From an uncultured Gemmatimonadales bacterium (GTDB lineage: Bacteria > Gemmatimonadota > Gemmatimonadetes > Gemmatimonadales > GWC2-71-9): a DNA stretch of 64,000 bases. Shown in pieces: positions 8,738-18,913 of the stretch (its first letter is position 1; each line of letters opens with the position of its first letter). The notes under the pieces are model-generated. The model saw nothing but the letters and a program-made list of their open reading frames with translations. It ran no database searches and was not told the DNA's origin. A program made the position numbers and the translations under genes. The stretch is taken from contig CAWHFW010000003.1 of assembly GCA_963828735.1 (NCBI GenBank), positions 96,001 through 160,000 of the forward strand. The letters are read 5' to 3'.

Positions 8738-9637
8738 TTAGGCTGCGAGGTCCCGCAGCTTGTCGCCGTGCTGCTCGCGGAGCTGCCTGAGCGCCCGGTC
8801 CCGGAGCTGCCGGATGCGCTCTCGCGTCACCCCCATCATCCGGCCGATTTCCTCGAGCGTACGGGACTTCCCGTCGTCCAGGCCGAAGTACAGCCGGAGG
8901 ACCTTCGCGTCCCGGGCGGGCAGGGCCGCTAGCGCCGCATCCAGATCGGTCGTCCGGCTGCTGGCCATGGTCGAGGCATCGGTGCCGTCCTGGGTGAGGG
9001 GCACGAAGCGCTCCATCCGGCCGCGGTCATCCGCCTCGCGGACCGGGTGATCGAGCCGCATGGCCTCGATGTGAAGCGCGCTGAGCGCCCGGACAGCGTC
9101 CCGAGTGAGGCCTGTCGCCTTGACCAGTTCCTCGGTGGTTGGCGCTCGGCCGAGCTTTTCGGTCAGGAGCGTGGTGGTCCGACCGAGCCGGTTGAGGTCC
9201 GCGGTGCGGTTGAGCGGCACGCGGACGGGCCGCCCGTGTCGTGCGATCGCGGCCTGGATGGCCTGCCGGATCCACCAGACGGCGTACGAAATGAACTTGA
9301 CGCCGCGGTCCGGATCGAATTTCCGGGCCGCGGTCATGAGACCCAGGTTCCCTTCCCCGATCAGGTCCATGAGCGGCACACCGCGGTTCTGGAACTTCTT
9401 GGCCACCGAGACCACGAAGCGCACATTGTGCCGAGCCAGCTTCTCCTGGGCCTCCACGTCGCCCCGGAAGGCGCGACGTGCCAAGGCGGTTTCCTCCTCC
9501 ACCTTGAGGAGCGGGATCCGGCTGATCTCCTGGAGATAGAAATCCAGGCTCTCACGACCCTCATCGGCGGCTCGAGGAAGCTGGGCGGCACGGGGACGCC
9601 CCGCCCGGCGGGTCCGCTTCTTGGCAGCAGGTGGCAC
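8738..9637 (-). CDS. RNA polymerase sigma70 factor, short RpoD/SigA/RpoS-like (no region 1.1)
   Basis: Region 1.2 (YLQEISRIPLL), region 2 (DLIGEGNLGL, KFISYAVWWIRQAI) and region 4 (RTLEEIG..MGVTRERIRQ); GTG start with GGAG RBS. Confidence 0.93.
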   Translation of the reverse strand: MPPAAKKRTRRAGRPRAAQLPRAADEGRESLDFYLQEISRIPLLKVEEETALARRAFRGDVEAQEKLARHNVRFVVSVAKKFQNRGVPLMDLIGEGNLGLMTAARKFDPDRGVKFISYAVWWIRQAIQAAIARHGRPVRVPLNRTADLNRLGRTTTLLTEKLGRAPTTEELVKATGLTRDAVRALSALHIEAMRLDHPVREADDRGRMERFVPLTQDGTDASTMASSRTTDLDAALAALPARDAKVLRLYFGLDDGKSRTLEEIGRMMGVTRERIRQLRDRALRQLREQHGDKLRDLAA

Positions 9638-9771
9638 TGAATAACTCCTATCTATCGAGATGGCACTGCCTTAAGTTCTCCCAAGCTCCGGCGGGAACGG
9701 TGGTTACCATGGCAAGATGACCAGACCGCGCCGACCGTTGCAGCCTTGACGATCAACACTCGACTGGATCC

Positions 9772-12270
9772 TCAAGTTCCCCCGTGGCCGCGCCGTTTGG
9801 TATGCCGAGTCGGAGCGGCGGCGAGCGGATCGTCCGGCCAGGGATGCCTGGGGTACCGACCCTTGAGATCCTTCCGTACTTCGAAGTAAGTAGTTCGCCA
9901 AAACCCCGCGAGGTCACGCGTCACCTGGACCGGTCTTCGGGCGGGTGAGAGCAGATGCAGCGTTACCGGTACCCGCCCGCGGCCCACAGTGGGAGTGGAG
10001 GCCTGGCCGAACATTTCCTGGAGACGAACGGCGAGGACCGGCGCTGTGGGATCCCCGTAATCGACCAGGATGCGCGAACCGCTCGGGACTTGCACATGCG
10101 TCGGCGCCCATTCGTCCAGGCTGGCCCGCTGGGCCCATGAGACCAGATCGAGGAGCGCCTCGCCCAGATCGAGGCGCTCCAAGTCGGTCCAGCGCCGGAT
10201 GCCGCTGAGTCGAGGGGCCAGCCAGACATCCAGGGTTCGAGTGAGGGCCTCGTCGCCGACTTCCGGCCATGCGGGATCCAGATGCCGCATGAAGGCCAGT
10301 CGTGACCGCATTCGCCGGGCCTCCTCGGTCCATGGAAGCCGCTCCACTCCCTCGCGTCGAATCCCATCGAGCATGGCGGCAGCGACCGCAGCTGGATCGG
10401 CGTTGGCCAGCGCCGACTCTTCCAAGACGATCGCCCCGAGTCGGCGGCGCCGACGGGCGGTCACCGCCCTCGCCGTCGAATCCCATGCGAGTACATCCTC
10501 GCGGGTAATGTCGTTGGCGAAATGAGTTTCGAGCTCCTCCCGCGACAGCGGCAGGGCGAGATAGATCCGGCTCTCCGTCGGTTTTCCATCCAACTCGGCC
10601 GCCACCAGGTACTCCTCGCGCGACAGCGCCGCCGCCTCGACGAATGCCCCCACCCCGTTCCGAAGCAGGAAACGCCCGGTAGTCCCGGCCCGCCGCTGCC
10701 CGATCCGGTCCGGGAATGCGAACGCCAAAAGGAGCCCAGCGGACGGCCGCTCCGTGTCACTGGCCGGCGAGCCGTGACCGGCAGCTGCCTTGCACATCCC
10801 TGCTTCGGCCCGGGCGCGCCGGAGGGCGTCCCGGTCGACGTCGGCGCGGTGGCTCGACCCGCGGAGAATCTCGATCCGAAGGCCCAGGTCCGGATCGCCA
10901 ATGTCGGCCGCGCGGCGGAGGACGTCCCGTTCGGTGAGCAGCGCGGCAAGATCGCAGGCGAGATCACCGGCGCCGCCCTCACGGCCTCGAAGGACCATAT
11001 GCGCCAGCCGGGGGTGCAGTGAGAACCGGGCGATGCGCCGGCCGTGCTCCGTTATTCGCCACCGCACGTCGAGCGCGCCGAGATGGACGAGCAGGCGTCG
11101 CGCCTCGCCGAGCGCGGGGGCCGGCGGCGGATCCAACCAGCCCAGATCGGCGGGATCGGCTCCCGCGAGCGCAAGCTCGAGGGCGAGAGGCGCCAGATCC
11201 GCCTCCAAGATCTCGGGCGCCATCCGAGGCAGAAGCGTTGCCTCCTCGCCGCTCGACCAGAGGCGGTAACACGCGCCCGGAGCCTGCCGGCCCGCGCGGC
11301 CGCGCCGCTGATCGGCGGACGCCCGGGCCACGCGCACCGTCACCAGGCGCGTCATGCCGGTTCGCGGCGAATAGCGGGGCACCCGCGCCTGGCCTCCGTC
11401 CACCACCACGCCCACGCCGTCGATCGTAAGGCTGGTTTCCGCGATAGACGTCGCCAACACGACCTTGCGTCTACCGGCGTCGCCCGGTCGCAGAGCGCGA
11501 TCCTGCAGCTCCCGCGGCAGCGTGCCATGCAGCGGAATCACGTCGGCGGCGACGTCATCGAGCATGACCTGCGTGCGCCGGATCTCGGCGGCGCCAGGGA
11601 GAAAGGCCAGCACGTCGCCGGACTGCTCGGCCAGTGCCTGGCGGATGGCGGACGCAACCGCGGCTTCGATCCGGGTGCCAGGACGCGGAGGGAGATGGTG
11701 AGTGGCCACCGGGTAGCTTCGGCCCTCGGAGGTCACCACGGGTGCGTCCCCGAGGAGACGTGCCACCGGTGCACCCTCGAGCGTGGCCGACATCACGAGA
11801 ACTCGCAGGTCGGGCCGAACGATCGCGCGCGACTGGAGTGTCAGGGCGAGACCAAGATCCGCGTGCAGGCTTCGCTCGTGGAACTCGTCGAAAATGACCA
11901 GCCCCACCTTCTCCAGGGCTGGATCACTTTGCAGCATTCGCGTGAGGACGCCTTCGGTGACCACCTCGACGCGAGTCCGAGGTCCGACGCGGCTGTCGTG
12001 GCGAATCCGGTAGCCGACGGTTTCCCCAGGCATCTGGCCCACGGTCTCGGCCATTCGAGCCGCGGCTGCCCGGGCGGCCAGCCGCCTGGGCTCGAGCATC
12101 ACGATGCGCCGATCTCCAAGCCACGGCTCGCCGAGCAGCGCGAGCGGTACGCGTGTCGTCTTGCCGGCCCCCGGTGGGGCCTGCAGGACGGCCGCGCCGG
12201 CGTGCCCTAGCGCCTCGCGCAAGACCGGAAGCGCGGAGTCGATCGGCAGCGGATCCGGGAGCTTCGGCAT
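9772..12270 (-). CDS. hrpB: ATP-dependent helicase HrpB
   Basis: APPGAGKTT, DEFHER, MSAT, SIAETSLTI, QRRGRAGR and HrpB C-terminus (LLSPARRPVQVTRDL..FW...YPRHPWP). Confidence 0.96.
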   Translation of the reverse strand: MPKLPDPLPIDSALPVLREALGHAGAAVLQAPPGAGKTTRVPLALLGEPWLGDRRIVMLEPRRLAARAAAARMAETVGQMPGETVGYRIRHDSRVGPRTRVEVVTEGVLTRMLQSDPALEKVGLVIFDEFHERSLHADLGLALTLQSRAIVRPDLRVLVMSATLEGAPVARLLGDAPVVTSEGRSYPVATHHLPPRPGTRIEAAVASAIRQALAEQSGDVLAFLPGAAEIRRTQVMLDDVAADVIPLHGTLPRELQDRALRPGDAGRRKVVLATSIAETSLTIDGVGVVVDGGQARVPRYSPRTGMTRLVTVRVARASADQRRGRAGRQAPGACYRLWSSGEEATLLPRMAPEILEADLAPLALELALAGADPADLGWLDPPPAPALGEARRLLVHLGALDVRWRITEHGRRIARFSLHPRLAHMVLRGREGGAGDLACDLAALLTERDVLRRAADIGDPDLGLRIEILRGSSHRADVDRDALRRARAEAGMCKAAAGHGSPASDTERPSAGLLLAFAFPDRIGQRRAGTTGRFLLRNGVGAFVEAAALSREEYLVAAELDGKPTESRIYLALPLSREELETHFANDITREDVLAWDSTARAVTARRRRRLGAIVLEESALANADPAAVAAAMLDGIRREGVERLPWTEEARRMRSRLAFMRHLDPAWPEVGDEALTRTLDVWLAPRLSGIRRWTDLERLDLGEALLDLVSWAQRASLDEWAPTHVQVPSGSRILVDYGDPTAPVLAVRLQEMFGQASTPTVGRGRVPVTLHLLSPARRPVQVTRDLAGFWRTTYFEVRKDLKGRYPRHPWPDDPLAAAPTRHTKRRGHGGT

Positions 12271-12408
12271 GGCGTAATAGAATAGCGGCGCTGGAACCGG
12301 ATGCCGCCCGGAGACGTTTGACGCCCGAGATGGCACGGGCCGTGCTCAATGGTCGACCCTCGATTCGTGGCGGTAGCGGCAGACTTCGGGAAGGCAGAGT
12401 GTATCGTG

Positions 12409-12567
12409 ATGTCGTGTGACTACAACGGATGGAACGACGCCCCGGAGGAGGAGCGTGAGTGGTTCGACCAGCACCCGGAGATCTGGGGTGGCCACCTCAG
12501 GGATGCGGACACCCGTCCGCTCAGGGTGACAACTCGCCTGGCTCGGAGAATCCGGCGGTGGCTCTAA
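12409..12567 (+). CDS. Small hypothetical protein (52 aa)
   Basis: MSCDYNGWNDAPEEEREWFDQHPEIWGG...; purine-rich upstream sequence and its own terminator. Confidence 0.5.
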   Translation: MSCDYNGWNDAPEEEREWFDQHPEIWGGHLRDADTRPLRVTTRLARRIRRWL

Positions 12568-12596
12568 TCGAGCGCCGAGCGGCTTCCTCCTGATTC

Positions 12597-12627
12597 AGCC
12601 CCGCCCCATGGCGGGGCTTTCTCGTTT
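12597..12627 (+). terminator. Intrinsic terminator
   Basis: agccccgcc-ccat-ggcggggct followed by ttctcgttt. Confidence 0.7.
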
Positions 12628-12758
12628 CAGGGCCTGGCCGTCGCAGGTGATGGTGGTCACGTCCGGCCCTCAGAGGCCGTCACGGCTTTCGGGCGCCATT
12701 TCCGCCACTTTGGCAAGGTCACAGGTGCCCATCGAAACCACGCGACGGAGGAGGCGAT

Positions 12759-12974
12759 ATGCGGAAGCTCGCAGCAGGGTTGGCGATCCTGGCGTTACTG
12801 GGCGGGTGTAAGAAAGCGGACCGCGATACGGGAGCGTTGGATCAGGACCGCGCGGGCGTGGATACGTCCGTCAAGTCCGGTACGGTCAAGGACACCACCG
12901 TCATTAAGGCGGACACGAATATCGACGTGGACACCGTCAGCAAGACGGACCACATCAAGAAGGACACCAAGTAA
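12759..12974 (+). CDS. Small lipoprotein (71 aa, DT-rich)
   Basis: GGAGGAGG RBS; signal peptide with lipobox LGG-C. Confidence 0.85.
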   Translation: MRKLAAGLAILALLGGCKKADRDTGALDQDRAGVDTSVKSGTVKDTTVIKADTNIDVDTVSKTDHIKKDTK

Positions 12975-13125
12975 GCCTGCTCCCTGGGCCGGCTGGGCGA
13001 TGCTCAGCCGGTTCCACTCCGCTTTTTCGCCATTCCCTCGACACTTCCACTCAAGTGACCGCGCTCACGGGGTGCCGCTCCGCCCCCTGCTACCGTTCCG
13101 TTCCCAATATTCGCCTGGAGGCATC

Positions 13126-13752
13126 GTGGTTCATCGAAGCAACGGCAGAAGCCGCTCAGCGGCAGCGACAGAGTCCCGGCAAGAGTCCGGACGCCCCAGT
13201 CCGCGACCCCGCACTGGCCAGCGCGCGCCCGAGCTGCAGGAGTACGGAACGATCGCGCGGCTGCCGATCGGGCTCGACGAATCGGTATGCGAGGAAAGCG
13301 TCGAGGCGCTGAACCAGGTCCTCGCCGACACGATCACGCTGCGAGACCTGTACAAGAAGTCGCATTGGCAGGTGGTCGGACACACGTTCTACCAGCTCCA
13401 CCTGCTGTTCGACAAGCACTACGAGGAGCAGAGCACCCTCGTGGATCAGGTCGCCGAGCGGATTCAGCTGCTGGGCGGGATCAGCCTGGCCATGGGTGCG
13501 GACGTCGCCGAAGAGACGCGGATCGCTCGGCCGCCTCGTGGACGGGAGGAGGTTCCCGTGCAGATCTCGCGTCTCCTGGAGGCCCACGAGCAGATCCTGA
13601 CGTTCGCGCGCGAGGCGGCGGGAAAGGCCGACGAGGTGGGGGACGACGGGACCAACGACCTGCTGGTCAGCGACCTCATCCGCACCAACGAGATGCAGGT
13701 GTGGTTCCTGTCCGAGCATCTCGTGGACGCGCCGGTGCTCGACGCGAAGTAG
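13126..13752 (+). CDS. dps: DNA starvation/stationary-phase protection protein Dps
   Basis: KKSHWQVVG..FYQLHLLFD and DQVAERIQLLGG ferroxidase motifs; GTG 13126 with GGAGG RBS; Arg-rich N-tail. Confidence 0.93.
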   Translation: MVHRSNGRSRSAAATESRQESGRPSPRPRTGQRAPELQEYGTIARLPIGLDESVCEESVEALNQVLADTITLRDLYKKSHWQVVGHTFYQLHLLFDKHYEEQSTLVDQVAERIQLLGGISLAMGADVAEETRIARPPRGREEVPVQISRLLEAHEQILTFAREAAGKADEVGDDGTNDLLVSDLIRTNEMQVWFLSEHLVDAPVLDAK

Positions 13753-13759
13753 CGCGCGC

Positions 13760-14875
13760 TCAGTGACGCAGGAGGCCCATCACCACCTCGATGACGATGA
13801 GGAGGATGATGATGACCTCCAGGACATTGCCTCGGGCGGTTTGGGCCTCGTCGTTGAGCATCGCATAGGTATCGCGGAAGATGCCGAGCTTGCGCGCCAG
13901 GCCGTGACGCCAGGCGTCCTCGCGGAAGAGGGTGAGGGCCGCCTGGTAGATGCGCGCCACATAGACGTCATTGGTCACCTTGAGACCGTTCTCGACCCGT
14001 TCGACGACCTCGGTCGTGTCGGCCACCATGGTGTGGAGACCGGCCAGGACGTGCTCGAACCGGCGAACCAGCAGCGCCGTGCCCCCGCGGCGCGCCAGGG
14101 ACGCGCGGTCGTAGAGCTGGGGGAGCTCGGCATCCAGGTACGCATCGTAGACTCGCAGCTCCAGCAGCTGCGCGTTGGCGAACTCGAGCAGGAACTCGAC
14201 GTCCTGATCGGCCGCGGCGGGCTCGACCACGAGCGCGGCGTCCCAGCTCAGGACCGTGAGGTCGTTCTCCGTATAACTGAAGCGACGGGACAGCAGGTTG
14301 CGCCTGGCGTCCTCCGTCAGCGCGCGCGGCTCGCCGAGGAGTAGCTCGACCAGCGCCGTGTCATCCAGGGCGGCGGGCGCCACCGTGGCTCCCGAGGCAT
14401 CGCAGAGCCCGACCAGCCGGCAGATGGTGTAATCCTCGGCGACGGGGGCGATGGCCGGCCGGACGATCGCCGGACTCAACTGCGAGGTCAGCAGGGACAG
14501 CGCCGGGCCGAACACGCTCGCGAGGTCCGCGCGCTCGAGGGCCCGTGCGAGCGCGACCAGCTCGGCCCAGGCCGCATCGGCCAGGTGCACGCGGAGCCGG
14601 AGGGATATCACCCCAAAGTCGTAGCAGCATGCGCTCATCTGTGCGCCGGGCCACACCGTGTCGCCGGGGAGTGCCACCGGACCCAACGCGAGCGTGAGCG
14701 GCGGCTGGGCAATGACGAGTGCCTTTGCCTCGCCGCGCGTCGGGCGCGTGCGGCCGGTGGCCTGACCTTCGACCAGTCGAGCCGCGTGCTCGAGATCGAG
14801 CGCGTAGCCGACGTCGTATATCCGGTAGGTGATCACCGCGCCGGTGAGGCGGAGCTCGGTGTGAGAGGCGGCCAT
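13760..14875 (-). CDS. Hypothetical protein, RMD1/DUF155-like with C-terminal TM helix
   Basis: Helical region DVYVARIY...W...L..KL followed by LEVIIILLIVIEV, resembling the DUF155 C-terminus. Confidence 0.65.
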   Translation of the reverse strand: MAASHTELRLTGAVITYRIYDVGYALDLEHAARLVEGQATGRTRPTRGEAKALVIAQPPLTLALGPVALPGDTVWPGAQMSACCYDFGVISLRLRVHLADAAWAELVALARALERADLASVFGPALSLLTSQLSPAIVRPAIAPVAEDYTICRLVGLCDASGATVAPAALDDTALVELLLGEPRALTEDARRNLLSRRFSYTENDLTVLSWDAALVVEPAAADQDVEFLLEFANAQLLELRVYDAYLDAELPQLYDRASLARRGGTALLVRRFEHVLAGLHTMVADTTEVVERVENGLKVTNDVYVARIYQAALTLFREDAWRHGLARKLGIFRDTYAMLNDEAQTARGNVLEVIIILLIVIEVVMGLLRH

Positions 14876-14961
14876 GAAGGGAAAGTGCGGCCCGTAGAGC
14901 TTCGTCGCCAGCGGGCACCCTCCGCAGCCGGGCGCCCGCCGCTGCGTGTCGATCCCGCCGT

Positions 14962-15999
14962 CTAGTCCCTGGAGGCTCCGGCCGCCGCCGGCCGGCGAGG
15001 TCCGGTGCCGGCCCCCGTGCTCTCGAGCGCGGCCGCGATCTCGTCCAGATCGGCCGGGGTCAGGTCGAGCGTGGCGGCGGCGATCCAGCCCTCCACCTGG
15101 CGCGCCGACCGGGCACCGACGATGGCGCCGCTCACGCCGGGCCACGAGAGCACCCACGCCACCGAGATCGCCGACACGGTCGTCCCGTGCCGGCGCGCGA
15201 CCGGACGCAGCGCATCGCGAAGCGCCAGGTTGCGCTCCAGCCTGGGAGGACGAAACTCGGGCGACCGTCTGCGCCAATCGTCGTCGGCGAAGCCGGCCAC
15301 TCGTGCGGCGTCGAACCGGTCGCTCAGCAGGCCGGACTGCATCGGGCTATACGCGATGACGCCGGTGTCATGCTCGACGCACCACGGCAGCTCGTCGGCC
15401 GCGACCTGGCGCCGGATGGGCGAGAACGGCGGCTGCAGGGAGTCCACGTGGCGAACCGCCTCGCAGCGCTCGAGCAGCCCGACGTCGAAGTTGCTCACCC
15501 CGGCCAGACGAACCTTCCCCTCTTCGACCAGCCGGGCCATCGCCGCCCATGAATCCTCGACCCGGGTGCCGACGGTGTCCGGCCAGTGAAACTGGTAGAG
15601 GTCGATGCGCTCGACTCCGAGCCGCCGCAGCGAGGCCTCCGCTTCGCGTCGAATCGAGTCGGGCGCGAGCGTCTGTACCGGAGCCGCCATCCGATCGCGC
15701 TCGTCCCACACGAGCCCGCACTTGGTGAAGACGTAGGGGCGGTCGGCGGGCGGGAGATCGCGCAACAGGCGCCCCACGACCTCCTCCGAGTGGCCGAGCC
15801 CGTACACCGCGGCAGTATCGATCCAGTTGACGCCGAGTGCCAGCGCGCGACGCATGGCATCCAGCGACTCGTCGTCGTCCTGCGGTCCCCACCCGAACGC
15901 CCAGGCGCCGCCGCCCGCCGCCCAGGCGCCGAAACCGACCGTGGTGATGTCGAGGCCACTGGATCCGAGCGGCCGGGTAGGCAACGGCGTGGTCGTCAT
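14962..15999 (-). CDS. Aldo/keto reductase
   Basis: IDTAAVYG.GHSE, TKCG, IDLYQFHWP, GVSNF and YSPMQSGLL motifs. Confidence 0.95.
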   Translation of the reverse strand: MTTTPLPTRPLGSSGLDITTVGFGAWAAGGGAWAFGWGPQDDDESLDAMRRALALGVNWIDTAAVYGLGHSEEVVGRLLRDLPPADRPYVFTKCGLVWDERDRMAAPVQTLAPDSIRREAEASLRRLGVERIDLYQFHWPDTVGTRVEDSWAAMARLVEEGKVRLAGVSNFDVGLLERCEAVRHVDSLQPPFSPIRRQVAADELPWCVEHDTGVIAYSPMQSGLLSDRFDAARVAGFADDDWRRRSPEFRPPRLERNLALRDALRPVARRHGTTVSAISVAWVLSWPGVSGAIVGARSARQVEGWIAAATLDLTPADLDEIAAALESTGAGTGPRRPAAAGASRD

Positions 16000-16092
16000 G
16001 GTGCCTCCTGATCTCGCGCGCGACCGTGCGCGGCACCCGCGCTATATGACCGGACTCGCCTCGAATCGCAAGCGCCGCCAGATTGCTCGGTC

Positions 16093-18537
16093 ATGCTCAT
16101 CGTGCCTCGCTCGCGCAGGAGCACGCCGGTCGCGCGTCGGCTGGCCATGAGCGTGCTCCTCGCCGCGTTGGTCTGGCTGGGCGCGCGTGGCGCGGGTCCG
16201 GTGCCGCCCCTGGGGCCGCTGCTGGATCCCTGGCGCGGCACCTGGGGCTTGGCCGCGTCGGCAAATCTGCCCCGCCATGCCGAAGACACGCTCCCGGGGC
16301 TCGGCGCCGACGTTCGGGTGCTGTACGACGACCGCGCCGTGCCCCACATCTACGCGGCCTCCGAGCTGGACGTCCTGCGAGCGCTCGGATACGTCACGGC
16401 TCGGGATCGCCTCTTTCAACTGGACCTCCAAGCCCGGGCGGGCGGCGGCACATTGACCGAGCTCCTCGGGCCGCGGGCGCTCGAGCTCGACCGGGAGGTG
16501 CGCGGCCTGGGCATGGCGCGCGCCGCAGAGCGTCTCGCGCGTGCGCTTCCCGACACCGGCCAGGAACGGGCCTCGATGGAGGCCTACGCCGCGGGGATCA
16601 ACACCTATCTCGCCGCCATGCCTGAGCGGGATCTGCCGCTCGAGTATCGCCTGCTGGGCCGACGGCCCATCCGGTGGAGTCCGATGCGAACGATCCAGGT
16701 CATGCTGCGCATGGGGTACACCCTGGCGCAGGACCGCACCGAGCTGGATCGGCTCGCCGCGGCATCCGCCGTGGGCGCGGCCGCCGCGGCTTCGCTCTTC
16801 CCTGCCCACTCCCCGCTCCAGGAGCCCATTCAGCCCGCGCCGGGCGAGCCACGGCGCGCACCGCTCGTTGTTCCGCCCCCCGGCGCGCCCGACACGGCCG
16901 CCCGGTCGGTGCTCGGCGTCGCGTCGGCCGGTTCCGCACGGCGCGAGCTCGGCAGCAACAACTGGGCGGTCGCGCCGGACCGCACGCGGGATGGCGCGGC
17001 GCTGCTCGCGGGGGACCCCCATCTCGACCTGACGCTCCCCTCCATCTGGTACGAGGCCCATCTCGCCGTACCAGGGGTCGTGGACGAGTACGGCGTCACC
17101 ATCCCCGGTCTGCCCGCGATCCTCATCGGGTTCACGCGCGACGTCGCCTGGAGCTTCACCAACGTCCAGGCCGACCTCATGGATCGCTGGGCGGAAACGG
17201 TGGATGATTCCCTGCACCCTCGCCAGTATCGCCTCGACGGCGCGTGGGTTCCGCTCGAGATCCGGATGGAGATCTATCTCGGGCCGAACGGGGATACGAT
17301 CGCGGTGGACACGCTACGCTTCACCCACCGCGGACCGATGACCCGCGTCGGCAGCCGCTGGCTCTCGCTGCGCTGGACCGCGCTCGAGAGCGGGAGCGAG
17401 ATGGAGGCGTTCCGTCGCGCGAGCCGCGCGCGCACGGCCCGGGAATGGCTCGACGCCATGGCCTCGCATCGGTCGCCACCGCAGAACATGCTGGTGGCCG
17501 ATCGCGCGGGCACGATCGCGGTGCGGTCCACCGGACGCTTTCCGGTGCGCCCGGGCGACGGCCGCGGCGATCGCATCCTCGACGGCTCGACCCGCGCGAC
17601 GGATTGGACCGGCAACTGGCCGGTGACCGACTATCCACAGGCCGTTGCACCCCCGCAGGGCTTCCTCGCCTCCGCCAACCAGGAGCCGCAGGACCCTCGA
17701 GACCAGCACCGCTACCTGGGCAGCGACTGGCCGATGCCGTGGCGCGCCATCCGGATCAACCAGCTGCTCCGGGCGGATCACGCGGTCACGCCGGACGCGA
17801 TCCGGCAATGGCAGACGGATCCCGCGAGCCCGCGGGCCGACACGATCGTCCCCTACCTGCTCGGGGCCGCCGCGGGCCGGCCGGCGGACACACTCGCACA
17901 ACGCGCGGCGCAGCTGCTTGCCGGCTGGGATCGGCGCTACACGATCGACAACGAACGAGCCGTGCTGTTCGAGGCCGTGCTGCGCTCGGCGACGGCCATG
18001 CTGTGGGACGAGCTCCCATCCGACATCCGGCCGGGTCCCGGCGCGTTCTACGCCCTGCTCGACGACTCGACGAACCCATGGTGGGACGTGCGGAGCACGC
18101 CGGACCGGGAGCAGCGCGATGACGTGCTCGCACAGGCGCTCGCGGAGGGCTTTCAGAACACGGTGCGGGACTATGGGCCGCCGGAATTCGGCGGGTGGCG
18201 CTGGTCGCGCGTGCATCGCATCGACATCTGGCACCTGCTGCACCTGCAGGGCTTGTCGCGGCTGGGCCTTGCAGTGCCCGGCGGACCATCCACGATCAGC
18301 CCGTCGAGCGTGTCGGGCGGCGGCGAGGGATCCAGCTGGCGCATGGTGGTCGAGCTCGGCAGGGAGGTTCGTGGCTGGGGCACCTATCCCGGGGGGCAGA
18401 GCGGCAACCCGATCAGCCCGCGCTACGCGGATCGACTCGGAGAATGGACCCGTGGCGATCTCTCCCCGCTTCGCTTTCCTCGCGATGCGTCGGGATTGCC
18501 CGTCACGTCGGAGCTGGTGTTAAGGAGGGCGCGGTGA
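16093..18537 (+). CDS. Penicillin acylase family protein (peptidase S45, Ntn hydrolase)
   Basis: VPHIYA, RDRLFQ, GSNNWAV (nucleophile Ser), DPHL and PGGQSGNP motifs. Confidence 0.95.
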   Translation: MLIVPRSRRSTPVARRLAMSVLLAALVWLGARGAGPVPPLGPLLDPWRGTWGLAASANLPRHAEDTLPGLGADVRVLYDDRAVPHIYAASELDVLRALGYVTARDRLFQLDLQARAGGGTLTELLGPRALELDREVRGLGMARAAERLARALPDTGQERASMEAYAAGINTYLAAMPERDLPLEYRLLGRRPIRWSPMRTIQVMLRMGYTLAQDRTELDRLAAASAVGAAAAASLFPAHSPLQEPIQPAPGEPRRAPLVVPPPGAPDTAARSVLGVASAGSARRELGSNNWAVAPDRTRDGAALLAGDPHLDLTLPSIWYEAHLAVPGVVDEYGVTIPGLPAILIGFTRDVAWSFTNVQADLMDRWAETVDDSLHPRQYRLDGAWVPLEIRMEIYLGPNGDTIAVDTLRFTHRGPMTRVGSRWLSLRWTALESGSEMEAFRRASRARTAREWLDAMASHRSPPQNMLVADRAGTIAVRSTGRFPVRPGDGRGDRILDGSTRATDWTGNWPVTDYPQAVAPPQGFLASANQEPQDPRDQHRYLGSDWPMPWRAIRINQLLRADHAVTPDAIRQWQTDPASPRADTIVPYLLGAAAGRPADTLAQRAAQLLAGWDRRYTIDNERAVLFEAVLRSATAMLWDELPSDIRPGPGAFYALLDDSTNPWWDVRSTPDREQRDDVLAQALAEGFQNTVRDYGPPEFGGWRWSRVHRIDIWHLLHLQGLSRLGLAVPGGPSTISPSSVSGGGEGSSWRMVVELGREVRGWGTYPGGQSGNPISPRYADRLGEWTRGDLSPLRFPRDASGLPVTSELVLRRAR

Positions 18538-18869
18538 GACGCGTCCTCCGGATTGTGGTGTTCGCGGTGCTCACCGCCGGCGGCACCGTGCTCGGAGGCT
18601 GGTGGGTGGTACCCGTGCTCGCGTCGGGATGGGTGCTGGCATTCTCGTCGGACCGGCATCCGGTGCGCACGACGGTGGTGGGTGCGGCCCTCGGCTGGGG
18701 CGCCGTGCTCGGTGTGGACGCGATGAGCGGACCGGTCGCGGCCGTGGCTTCCAGCCTTGCGGCCACGATGGGGTTGCCCAGGGGAGGCTTTGTGGCCGCG
18801 ACGATGCTGTTCCCGGCGCTGCTCGCGGGCGCGGCAGCGCTCCTCGTGAAGCCCGCGCCGCCAGCGTGA
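18534..18869 (+). CDS. Small multi-pass membrane protein
   Basis: GTGA overlap with the acylase stop; 111 aa, almost entirely hydrophobic. Confidence 0.75.
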   Translation: MRRVLRIVVFAVLTAGGTVLGGWWVVPVLASGWVLAFSSDRHPVRTTVVGAALGWGAVLGVDAMSGPVAAVASSLAATMGLPRGGFVAATMLFPALLAGAAALLVKPAPPA

Positions 18870-18913
18870 CCCGCGCCACGTCCCGCGCCCGTGCGCCGGC
18901 GTAGCATGTTCGC

